Source: the human T2T-CHM13v2.0 reference genome, Homo sapiens. From it: a DNA stretch of 64,000 nucleotides. Location of the stretch: assembly GCF_009914755.1 (NCBI RefSeq), contig NC_060934.1; one strand, 5' to 3'. The translations under genes were made by a program, and so were the position numbers. The notes beneath the pieces were generated by a model that saw only the letters and a program-made list of their open reading frames with translations, was not told the DNA's origin and made no database searches. This document shows, in pieces, positions 16,727 through 32,985 of the stretch (its first letter is position 1; each line of letters begins with the position of its first letter).

Positions 16727-17880
16727 TGGCCTCTGTTTCATCTGTCAGATAAGGTAAATGATTCCTGCCTTGTTCTCTGCCCCCACTTTTCAAATGAGAG
16801 AATGGACGAGGAAATACTTGGAAAGTGTACACAACTGTACAAATGCCAGGTGTTATCATTGTCACTCACCCAGCTCACACCTGTAGACACCTTGAGTAGC
16901 CAAGTGGAGGACGGCAGCTTCCTGGCTAACAGAGTAGGCAGACAACAGAGCCCTGAGCCTGGGCAGGGGTCCTGAGTGCCATTCTGCCTTTGCCTTGGAT
17001 TGTGTGAGAGCTCCTGGACCATCTGCATGTCTGTGTGCCCTGGCCAAATGGACAGATGAAAATGACACCATGGGCTGCTGAAATGCCATGTTCTGAGGAC
17101 TCTAAAGTGTCATGGAGCTCCTGTGTATGGTATGTGAGGCCAGAAGGCAGATTTCATGATTGCTGTTTTACTGATGGAAATACACAAGAGATCGAAGTGA
17201 CTTGCTCAGGGTCATAGAGGGAGGCAGTGCCCATGGCCGAGGCCTGAGGTCTTTCGATTTCTAGCTCAGTCCAGTCCCACCACTGCAGTATCTCCAAGCC
17301 ACAGCATTGGGATTTGGTTGTCTCACAGTGAAAGTAAACCTGTCTGCACTCAGATCCTTTTCTCCCTGTTGTCGGGAGGTGCTGGGACAGTGGGAATTGT
17401 GAGACTGGAGGTCCAGAGGCTGGCTGTTTGCTAAGCCATCCACCAGGAGGCTGAGAAGTAAGCCTGTTGTGCCTGCCCTGCCACATTCCAGGGCTGTTCT
17501 GTTCTCCCCGAGGGAATGGGGGCCTGCTTTATTTTTAGCTAGTTCAGTGTGACAGCCTTGTTCTCTTTCTGGGCAAGGACTTGGCCACTTTTACCAGTCA
17601 GGAAGCTCCCTTTAGAACCTCCAGGCCCTACTCAGGTTCTCCTAGGAAGAGGGGGCCAAGGGAAGGGGAGCTGAAGTTGGAGTGCCGCTCTGCTTGCTGG
17701 GGGCCTGGGGCATTTGGCTTAACTGCACAGCCCTAGGTTCCACCTGCCTCATGTGGGGTTCATAACAGCTACCTTACACATTGTGCAGATTTGGATGGAG
17801 GAGCTTAGAGCACCCAGCGTGGGCCCTGTCCACATTCACGTTGCTAGAACGTCAGTTTCTTCATCAAGAATGGGGATCCT

Positions 17881-18241
<361 letters not shown>

Positions 18242-18389
18242 TTACACATGCTGAGAGACACATATGAACCTGGAAGAAGAGACCGGGCAAGGCTGTGTCC
18301 CCAGGATGGGGTTTTTGAGTGCCTGAGGGATGGTTTTGGCTTTGGTGATGATCTCACACAGACCTGTCACTGAGGAGCCCTGCGGTGGA

Positions 18390-18980
18390 ATTGATTATCC
18401 CAGACACAGTTCCTCTGGTAGCTTGCAGGTGACTCAGCTTGAATATGGGAGTGGGAATCCCGATTATCTTTAGGCCCCTCTGTCCCTCTGGGCCTCAGCC
18501 ATGCAGTGGTGAAGTGCTGAGGGGAAGGCAGGGGTTAGAAGTGCCTGGAACTCTGTACCTTAAAGTGAGAGGCCGCTGCCGGGGGAGAAGGGCTGGGCCA
18601 TTCGGGGAAGTCTCCGGGCCTTATCTGAGCCAGCAAACCCTCTGAGACCTCCCTAGGCTAGTCATTACTGGAGGCCTCCCGCCCAGCACAGGAGCCACCC
18701 AACCTGGCCCAGGAGCCACCACGTGGTGCCTCCTAGGGCTCCTGGGCACACAAAGGGCCCAGAGGGCATGGCTCCTGTACCCCTGGCACTCACGGTCTAG
18801 CTGGCGGTGTGGACCATGCATGTGTCCCTGCAACGCCCAGGAAAGACACACACCACGAAGTGTCTCCCAGGCAGATCGACTCCTACATAGTGAACACCTA
18901 AGGCCGAGGGGATGCTGAGGAGAGGAGTGGACGGTGTGGGGTGGGGCGGATCATGGCATGTGCTCCTGAGAAGGTGAGTT
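18390..18980. promoter_or_regulatory. Candidate erythroid-type intronic enhancer/promoter
   Basis: TGACTCAGC 18430-18438, TTATCT 18464-18469, CTTATCT 18620-18626, CACGTG near 18720, GGGGTGGGGCGG 18938-18949. Motif evidence only. Confidence 0.45.
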
Positions 18981-20241
18981 GGGAGGTGAGCTTTGGGAGG
19001 AAGAAGGAGCTGGGGACGGAGAGGCCCAGGAGGCAGACTGGACGGGGCTTGCGAGGAAGGACCTTTGAGGTGATGAGCCACCATCAGGGTGCTGGGGGTT
19101 AGTGGTTGCTTTAGGGACCCCACTAGATCAGGGCTGCCTCCCCTCGTGGCCATTTCCCTCCCTGCTCAGAGACCGGCTGCCGAGAGCAGGACAGAAACTA
19201 GGTTCCCGGCTGCCACCCACACTACTGAGGTGGGGCTGGGCAGCCGCAGAAGCCATGTGCAGTCAGGAAGAGGAGTCCGGGGCTGCTGGGCGGGCACAGA
19301 CCACGGTGCGGGCCCAGGCTCTCAGCTTGCTATGGCTGTTGAACTTCCTTCCCAGACTGTGTGAAAGGGGAAGGAGCAGATCGGACAGCTTGTTGTGGCT
19401 CTGATCCCAGCTGGAGGGGAGAAGAGGCCTCCTGGAGGTCACACTGGAGTGGCGTGCTTTTGGCAAGGCCAGGCAGCCATGCTGTTCTTGGGTGGCTGGA
19501 GCTGTGGCGGTGATAGCCCCTGTAGTACCGCATCTCCCTCTCCAGGAAGCCCCTGGCCCTGGCTCTCCCTGGACTGAGAGGATAGAGCACAGGACCAGGA
19601 ATCAGGGAGCTTGCTGTCCACCCCAGTCTCTGCAAGTATGTCGCCCTGGCCAGTTGAGGAACCTCCTGGCCACTCATTCTTGCCCAGGGTGTTGGAAGTG
19701 ATGGTACCTGCTCTGCTTCTGCAGACAGGATGCTGTAAGGACCAACAGGTAAACGCGCTGTGCCAATTAGAGAGGCCTTTATAGGTCAAAGTCATAGGAA
19801 CGCACCCACTTGACAGATGGGAAGACTGAGGTGCCCACAGGATGGCAGAGCCAGAAGTCAAATGCAGGTGTCTACATGGCCCCGACTGTGCCCTGTCATC
19901 GGACCGGGAGGGGTCCTGAGGAAGTCTTTAGTACGGCTTTGCTAGTTTGAGTCTTAGAGAGTGTCTGCAGGAAATAGGAAGCGGGAAGTAGGTTTTTAAA
20001 GAAAAAAGTGTTTATGATATAATTCCATTTTTGTAAAACAAAAAGAACCATCCATCTCTTTATGTATGAGTGTTTGTTTAGGGAGGAAGATAGTCCTAGT
20101 ACATAGAGCTCTAAAGTCCTTGTACATAAAGCAGGGATATCTCTGGGGAGACTGGGGGAAGAATTAATAATTTTTACTTTTATGCATTTTTATGATGTTG
20201 GAATATATTTTACAATAAGTATATATTACTGTTATTGCTTC

Positions 20242-20994
<753 letters not shown>

Positions 20995-21109
20995 GGTAGA
21001 TGTATTTTTCAGGCATTGAGATGAAAGGAGTTAGGGGTACATGATTATGTCACTTAGGGATGGGAGGGAGGGAAATGACACTTGATGCTTACTTTGTTTC
21101 TGCACATTA

Positions 21110-21470
21110 AAATCCTCCCCATAACCCTCTGAAGTGGAGGATTTATTATCTCCATCTTAAAAGTGAGACTCAGAGAGATTAAGTAACTTGTCCAAAGTCA
21201 CACAGCTAATAAATCGGATTTGAACCCAGCTCTCTGTCCACAGCCCTGTGTACTTTCCACCATGTGAGGAAAATGGAAATGCTTAAGGTGAAGCCCCAAA
21301 TGGGAGGTTACGAGCCCTGGAATCTAGACCCAGCTGCCATTTCTAAACTCCCCAACTTAGCTTGAATCATGGGTCTGTTTCCTCTCCTAGATAATGGAGA
21401 TAATGATGTCTTTCCTGCCTACTTCACTGGGCTGCAGTGACAGGAGAAAGGGAACTAGCATTAAAGCACC
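21110..21470. mobile_element. MIR fragments
   Basis: MIR core GAGACTCAGAGAGATTAAGTAACTTGTCCAAAGTCACACAGCT, followed by an oppositely oriented MIR-like piece. Confidence 0.7.
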
Positions 21471-22725
21471 TGCTTCCTGCGTGGCACTTGGCATCCACAA
21501 GCTCATTTCACTTCTTTCTACACAGTTCAAATGGGATAATGTATGTGAAGGTCCTGTATCTGAAGGGCCAGTGCACATGTGAGCCATTGCTAATTGTGAT
21601 GTTAATAAGCACCCAGGACCCGTTCTCTCTGAGTCAGTGTCCTTAGCAAAGGGAAGTGAATTCTGATGTTGAAATCTCTGTCCTCCCCTAAGCTAACATC
21701 TTTCTTAACCCTTCAGGGTGCACGCCACAATTTCCTTTTGTAAGTGGAGCGCCTTGCTTGGAAAGTTCATTTTAAAGGCCTGCGTCAGCAGCTTCAGTCA
21801 CGCCTGCTGTTCTGCAGCATTCTCGATCCTCACGGGAGGGTGGATGAGAGAGGGAGTGAAATTTTCCATGGCTGTGCACCCTTCCACGGGGTGGGGTGAA
21901 AATGGCTGGGATGGTTACCAGTGGTTACTGGTGCCTCCTGCTGCGACCGGCCTGTTCACTTGGGCATGTCCAATCTTGCGTTTGTTTTTTGTGCATGTTC
22001 TGTTGGGAGCAGGAGGTGGGGCTGGGGTCGGGCACAGAAATGTTTGTGAGTTGATTGCAGTGCTAGGCCATTGAGTTCTTTCCTTGGTTGGAGGGCTCTG
22101 AGCCAGGGAAGCTTGGCGAGGCTGTGTGTTCTCTGCTGATGACATGTCCTCCTGCTCTGCGGGGGTCCAACTTTGGGAGCCGCTGAGAGCTTCAAGGCCC
22201 CCTTGGTCCACAAGAAGGAGAATCCAGGACAAGTGTCTGGAAAGTGTTTGAGCAAGAGCGCCCGCCCTGTGCAGCCGGTCTGGCTACCCTCATAGGAAGG
22301 GCTCTTCACTCTGGGCAGCGGTGGACAGAGGCCCTGGAGGCTGGATGCGGGTTCTCAGGCAAGAGTCTGAGGGACCCAGCTCGGTGTCTGATGTCTGGTG
22401 TCTGGGACTGGGCGCCTTCCCATTTCCATCCCAGCCTGACCAGACTGACCAGAGTCCCACATATTCGTCTCAGACACTGGTTTGAGAGGGAGCATTTGAG
22501 GGCCTGGGTTTCTGTCATGACTCCTGGGAACCTCTGTCTTCTGATAGATGGTCCACAGACCGAGGCTTGCAGTGGAAGCAGCTGGAAGTGGTGCTGTGCG
22601 GTGTCCTCCCCAACTCCCAAATGGAGTGTGGGGAGGGATTCTTCGGGCACTGATGTTTGGCTGGAGCAGTAAAGCAGCGGTGATGTGGAGGCAGCACCTA
22701 AGAGAAGGGGACAGGATTATGGAGA

Positions 22726-22756
<31 letters not shown>

Positions 22757-22845
22757 AAGTACTTGTGTGTGTATGTGTGAGTGTGTGAGAGTGTGTGTGT
22801 GTGAGAGATTGTGTATGTGAGAGTGTGTGTGTGTAGAGAGAGAGG
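22726..22845 (+). repeat. Compound (GT)n/(GA)n microsatellite, (GT)13 at 22731-22756
   Basis: Directly visible. Confidence 0.97.
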
Positions 22846-24303
22846 GAAGAGGGGAAAAGGAAGGAGGAGAGTAAAGATCTGGAGATGCTGTGGAGAGGAG
22901 GACAGAAATAGAAAAGTTGAAAGGCCAGACTTTGGCCAAATCCCCAAAGACCAAGAGTCAGCCTTTCTTCCTGGGTTTCTGGCAGAGATCTGGAGCAACT
23001 GGGCAGGAGAGATTTCTCCAATGCCCTTTCTTCCTCCCTCTCTCCTTCAACCCACTGCCCATTCCCAGCCTCTTTCCCAGGGAGACAGGCGTGGTCCAGT
23101 GGAGTGCCAGGAGGGGCTGGTCTGAACGAGGAAGATGCGTTTTGCTCAGTGAAGTGCTGGGTTCTCTGGGCCCCTGGAAGTTTTCTGCAGGTGTCTCTAG
23201 TCATGTGCTTTTCTCCAGTGCCTCCGGGCCACTTAAAGGCCCACAGTCCAGAGGGGCATGTCTGCTGAGTCCTGCACCAGGTGCCTGCCTGGCTGGGCAG
23301 TGTGGCAGATACCAGGGAGCTGACTTCTCCCCTGGCAGCCCAGCCCCAGGCCTAGGGTATTTGCTGGTTCAGTGGCCCCTTCTGATCTCCCGAGGACCAG
23401 TGGAAAGAAAGGGCTTCCCTTCATTGTCCTCATTCATGTAAAATCCAGGAGGCCCCAGTTTCAGTTCCGGCCTTGCCTCAATTGGGCCTCCCTTTTGGCC
23501 CCAGTATTCATGTCTCTTCTGAGAGGGGTTGTACCTCATGACGACTCATGAACCTGAACAAAAGGAGGAAAACCCTCCCTCCATAGCAGCTTGAGGACCA
23601 GGCCGTTCTCTGTGTCTGCAGCCTGCTTTTTGATTTGAGCTTCTAAGCTTTATTTGGATTTAGCTTGGTTGTCCTGAAACGTTGGGGTTTTTGGATCAAT
23701 GTCTGTGTGCTGAGCTGCACCTTGACTTAGAAGGCAGGATAGCTGTGGAGTTATGGAGAGCTGCCTTTTCTAGAAGCTTCTCCTGTCCAGCGGGAAAACC
23801 CCAACAGCTCTACTTGGATCTGCCTTCTGCAGAGCAGGGGACCAGTCTTTCTTAAGGGGCAGGGATGATTGTATGGAGGAGCCTTAGACTTGCAGGTATA
23901 AAACCTCACTCCCCCAGCTGTGTGCTTTGAACTAATCACTTAGCTTCTTGGACCATCAGTTTCTGTGTCTGTAAAATGGGGATTAAGAACATCTCCCAGA
24001 CAGTTTTGAAGGTTAAATGACATACTGGATCTTGATATACTGATATACTGTAAGCCACAAGAGAATTATATAGTATTATTCCAGGATCCAGCATTGTTTG
24101 AATTCCTCCTTTGTGTCAAGCAACTGGGTGAGTTCCAAAGGTCTATTCAATATGTTTTCTTTCCCTGGGGAACTCACGCAGTATCATAGGAGATGGACAG
24201 CTTGGTAAAAGGATAATCATGATGTGTGAGGAGTGTGGTCGTTGGGGCGTGTCCAAAATGCTGGAGTAGCAATGTACCTTTTTTAAAATTAAAATTAAAA
24301 AAA

Positions 24304-25801
<1,498 letters not shown>

Positions 25802-25947
25802 TCTTCTGGCAATTTCTATTCTGGCTCTTGGTGGTTCCTGATTGCCCTTCTTTGAGCTGCTTTATTGTAAAGGGAAAAAGGTGGTAGGGCTAGTGGTTAG
25901 GAGTGGGGGCAAGGATCATCCTTGGGCGCAGAGAGTGTTGGCAGACA

Positions 25948-26255
<308 letters not shown>

Positions 26256-27736
26256 TTAAGGTCTTTTCAGCCTTGTGGGGCTGTAAATCTGTCTCTCTAT
26301 CCAGTGGGAGCCTTCTGTGTGCAAGGCTCCATGTGAGGCACTGGGGAGGTCAGGGTGACACGCATGGAAAGCTGGGATCCAGACCAGACCCTGCCTAGGG
26401 GTCAGTGCTGAAGGAGTGGTGATATCCAGCCTGAAGGACTTGGACATCTTCAGGAGGAAGTGACAGTTGATTTGAACCTTGAAGGTTAGGTGAGCTGGGA
26501 AGAAAAGGAAGGGCATTTCAGGTAGAGGTGACAGCAGAAGGAGGAGAGCCTGGAGCACCTACTAGGAATGGTAGAGGTGGTTTGGCCGGAGTTCAGAGAG
26601 CACAGAGCCACACCTGCAGAGGGTAGGTGCCTTGGCAGTGGGGAGGCATTGCAAGGCTTTGGGCAGAGGCATGACTTGATTAGGGTTGCACTTTAAGAGG
26701 CTGATGCTGCAGTGGTGTAGAAGATGGGTTGGAAGGAAGAGATTGAAGATAAACTGTTACAGTGGATCATCAGCAATCCAGGCACACAGAGCAGCAGAAA
26801 GAGTGGATGGTGAAACAAAAGAACCTTCCTCGGTGGACTCTACAGGGATAGTGCCATCAGGACAGGTGTCTAGCTCAATTCTAGGCACCTAGCTGGTGCC
26901 CAGTGAATCCTTTTTTGGGAGAATAAATGCGAAGATGCCATGAAGGACAAACAATTAGTGATAGCCAGTGACAACCCAGGGTGCCTAAGGTTAGGAGCCT
27001 GGGCAGCTTGAGGAGAACGGGGAACTCAGGAAGAGGAGCAGGTTGGGTCAGGCCTGGTGAAGGGTGGGAGTAGTTTGACTCGGAGGTGCAGGGCCCATGG
27101 CCTGGCACACAGGCCCGGCACATGGGTATGGGAGCCCAGGGGCTGTCTCCATTCATTGAGGCTGGGTTTAAGGTTTCTGTGCTCTGGGCCTGCCACCCTG
27201 TGTTCTCAGAAGGGTCCTAGCCCTTTGGCCGCCATTTCTGTCTTTCTAGAAGTCTTGCCCATGGACACCTGCCAGTACTACTGTCTCATGTTAATAATAA
27301 TAGCTGATGTTTATTGAGCAGTTACTGTGTTCTAAGTGCTTGTGTCTCATTTGAACTTGTCCTATATGTTAGGTCCTATCTATCATCTCAGTTTTTCAGT
27401 TGAGGAAACTGAAATTCACACAGCTGTTAAGCTCTGGGGCTAGGATTGAACCCAGTTGGCTGGCTCCAGAGCCCTTGTTCGTAGCCTCTCTGTCATTCCC
27501 ATCCCAGTGAGAGTGAGCCAGCCAATTCTCAGAGAGAGAAGGAGGCTTGAGGTGTTCCTGATACTGGAGGAAACCTACCTCCATCAAGTACTTGGGGGTT
27601 GAAGAGCAGCTTCCATGTCATATTTGAGGGTTGGAAAGGATCTTAGAGATATCGGGTTCATTTTACAGGCCAGGAACTAGGGCTCAGAGCATTTGCAAGC
27701 CTGTTCTGGGTGACATGGATGACAGCAGTTGAATGA

Positions 27737-28066
<330 letters not shown>

Positions 28067-28097
28067 TAAATGTTCTGTGAAATCTTCCTTCTAACTT

Positions 28098-28232
28098 CAT
28101 TTGTTCATACATTTGCTCATTCATTCATTCACCATTCCATCAATCTGCTCTCCCATCCATCCATCCATCCATCCGCTGATCCATCTGCTGATCCATCCAT
28201 CCATCCATCCATCCGCTGATCCATCCATCCAA
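28098..28232 (+). repeat. (TCAT)/(CCAT)n tetranucleotide repeat, likely an expanded L2 tail
   Basis: Directly visible; followed by L2-like ACTGAGACCTTATGCCAG. Confidence 0.9.
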
Positions 28233-30573
28233 TATGTGTCTACTGAGACCTTATGCCAGTCACTGGGGATACCATGGTTGGGCAAGGCTGACCTGCTGTC
28301 ATTGACTTTACTGTCTAGTGGCTTGTGATACTTTAGAAAGTGTAGTGTTTATGGGTCTCGCAGATACTGTGTGGGTTGCTCTTATGTCTTCAGAACATGA
28401 AGAACTCCAGAACAAATGAAGGGTTCATTTTAGGGAAATCTCTCCATCAGGGAATCAAAGCTTCCCTCTCTTCTTATCCCAGATAATAGCAATCCTAATG
28501 GACAGGTGGGTCTCAGACTTAAAGGCAGAGATTCCAGACCCCCTTTGGACAGATTTCACAGATGCAGAATTGAGGCAGCCCCCAAAACAAAGAAATACAG
28601 AGGGGAGGTAGAATTGAAAGAAAAATTGTATCCTTTCACTCTGCATCCTGTGGCTCATACCCTGCAGTGGGGCGTTGGGGGAGGGCCCCCTGAGGATTGT
28701 CTGTTTCTCCTCCCCAGAGGAGTGGTATCAGCCCCTGCACCTGGCTGAGCGGAGACTGAGAAGTCGCAGTCTGGCCTGCTCAGTGGAAGCTGTTCTTCCC
28801 GGCAGACCCGCAGTTACTAGTTTGTGGAGGTGAATGCTGTGCTTGCTCCAGCGTGGCGCCCTCACAGGAATCCCCTGTTAGCTGTGTTCTGTGCTCTAGG
28901 GTGGGGCTCACCTGCTGTAGGCAGCAGAGGGAGGGAGAGCAGGAGGAAGTCAGGTTTCCCTTGGGGTTGTGAGTACACGACCAGTGAGTACAGCTTTCAC
29001 ACACCCCTGCGATTTCTTCCCTGCTCTCGAGGCTCTTATTTAAAGGAGTGATTTGGGGCATCTTGTATGCAGCCTGCAAAATGGACGCCAGGAAACTGCA
29101 GCTGTTGCAACTGATGTTCTTGAAAGATGGGCAAGTGGGAGTAGGCTGGTTGCAGCAGGAAAAGACCTCTGCTCTCTGCCTGCAGTCATCCTGAATGAGA
29201 TTTGGACGCTGATAAAGAGGCCTTGTGCTGTTCACTGTGGCCACGGGTGGGGTCTACTTCATGCTCACATATTAGCATGTATATCTCTGATGTAAGCCTA
29301 CTCCACCTCCACCCTTTTGTTTAGGTGTTGATTACTAGCACCTACTTCTAGCTTTTTAAGAACTACTGAAGAGATTCTGGCCATCAGAGTGAATAGACTG
29401 TGGTCTACCCTGGGTGTGTTCGCTTGTCTCTGGCTGGAGAAGAAAGAACTTTATATATAGTTCACTCTTGCTTTTTCCCAGCCATGGATGTCACCTACAG
29501 CCAGGAGCACTGGAACCTTTCCAGGATGAGGAGAGCTATGTAGCAGAGGCATGGCTCTGACTGCTTCCAGCTGAGAGAAGAGGAAGGAGCGGGGAGGGGA
29601 GGGGGTATGGGCAGCACCCAGGAGAGCACCTGCTTTGGCTTTGCTTGGGAGAGCTCAGAAGGCTACCTGATCCCTGCGAGGCACCTGGCCCTGTGTGACT
29701 GGCTCAGGGCAGACACAGGGGAGGAGACACTTTGCCTCCTACCCACTGGGCCCTGCTCTCAAGCCAGCTGTGTCCCAGGGACCTATGTCAGCAGGGGTGC
29801 TCTCCCTCTCCTTCACAAACTGTTTCCAGGATTGAGAGTCTCAAGGTGTGATCCAAGTGCAGTAGAAATCCAGCCATTTGCCATATTGGCTACTCCTCCA
29901 AACAAGGCTTAGAACTCATACTCATTTGTGAAATGTATTTTTCACCCCCTTTTAGAGATTCATAGAAACGGCACCCCCCCATTCCAAATATTTATGGGTG
30001 GGTTCAGTTCATGTGCCCCAGAGCCCACACTTCGCTTGCAATGGTCCCTACAGCCCCGCAAAGACATTGCTGTTGATGCTAAGGACTTGGATACCCAACC
30101 CCCAGTCCACTTCCTGCCCCTTCGTGTTGTGCCGGGCTTCTGTCTTCACCTCCCCCTGCCTCTTGGCTCCTTTATCATCCAAGAATCAGGAGATCCCTGC
30201 AGTAATCAGAATCTGGGTCTCTTAATAGTAAATCCATAGTGCTGTTCCCTTTTTGAAATGTTAATCACTGCTTCAACTGTAGTAATTAGTGACAGAATTA
30301 GTGGTAATCCCAAACCACGGAGGGATAAATTGGCGCTCACCATGGTGGAGCAATGCCTAAGTGGTGATGTGATTTCCAAGGCAAAGGAAGGAAACAAGCC
30401 TTTCCTTTCTTGCTGACCTTGACCCTGGTCGACTAGACACAGAGTTTTGGAACTCAACTGACTTTCCAGAAGCATTTCTGAAAACATATCTGATACATAC
30501 ATTCTGATACCTATCAGCCCATTTTTAATTAGTTTCTTTCTTTTTTGGTCATTTTTTTTTTAATGGGCAGTGA

Positions 30574-30726
<153 letters not shown>

Positions 30727-30900
30727 TAGTTGTTCTTCAATAATCTGTATATCATTAAAAAAACCCCAAAAACCTAAAGTGGCTTTTTGCTGCTGCATAT
30801 CATTTTTGAGGTAGTGGATGAATGAATAATAAAGAAGGAAAATATTGAAGCCTCTTAACATTGGTGATTTGGCTAAATAGAATTCCCTCTTCAAAGCTAC

Positions 30901-32022
<1,122 letters not shown>

Positions 32023-32570
32023 CTACCCAGTCTCTTGGGAATTGCTGTCCCTCTGTGCCCAGCCTCCCCCATTCGCGAAGTGTCCCTTTTTTCTCCTTTT
32101 CTCATTTATCCCTAAGGATATTGTAAGCACTAATTAGAGTGTAAGCTTTTGGAGGCTAAATAGGAATCGATACTTCTTGGTTTCGGCTTCATTGTTCCTA
32201 CACAGCCTTTACCCAAAAGAGAAGTTTTTACCCAAAGGAGAAGTAAAAAAAAAAATTTTCTAGAAGCTTGGATGTGCCATTATCTTTTTTCATGCAAAGC
32301 AGAGCCATTTACAGTGTAGTCACGGTTGTTTTGGGGCCCTAAATATTCATACTACTGTTTTCCAGTCAACGGAAGGAAAATATTTACCTTCTCTTCTTGC
32401 AGCATTTGGGTGGTCTCAGTTTTCTTATATGGAAGGATAGTTGGGTTATCTCAAGTATTCTCTCTATCTGTGAAACCTCCTGAGTTGAAGGCGTGGAGTT
32501 CCCATCATGCAGCTGGATTGTAGATGGGCAGGAATGCCTGTGTATCTCATGTACAGAATTAATTCATTGA

Positions 32571-32865
32571 GGCTGGGCACGGTGGCTCATGCCTGTAATC
32601 CCAGCACTTTGGGAGGCCGAGGCAGGCGGATCACCTGAGGTCAGGAGTTGGAGACCGGCCTAGCCAATATGGCGAAACCCCGTCTCTACTAAAAATACAA
32701 AAATTAGCTGGGCATGGTGGCCGGTGCCTGTAATCCCAGCTACCTGGGAGGCTGAGGCACGAGAATCACTTGAACCTGGGAGGCAGAGTTGCAGTGAGCT
32801 GAGATCACGCCACTGCACTCCAGCCTGGGCAACAGAAACTCTGTCTCAAAAAAAAAAAAAAGAAG
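32571..32865 (+). mobile_element. AluS
   Basis: Full Alu; TSD AGAAT(T/C)AATTCATTGA. Confidence 0.93.
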
Positions 32866-32927
32866 AATCAATTCATTGAGCTGGACTCAGGCAGGCATTT
32901 CCCGCAGGCAGAGTTTTTGCTTGCCCT

Positions 32928-32985
32928 GTATTCCAGCACAGGCTGGTACTCGAGACACATCTGTCCTGTGTTTGTTTTCCATTAT
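32928..32985. promoter_or_regulatory. HK1: Probable HK1 intron-2 cis-regulatory element required for silencing HK1 in pancreatic beta cells
   Basis: NFAT-like ATTCCA, NKX2-like TACTCGAG and FOX TGTTTGTTT motifs within ~50 bp, ~4.9 kb after exon 2; agrees with my recollection of the congenital-hyperinsulinism element. Confidence 0.7.
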
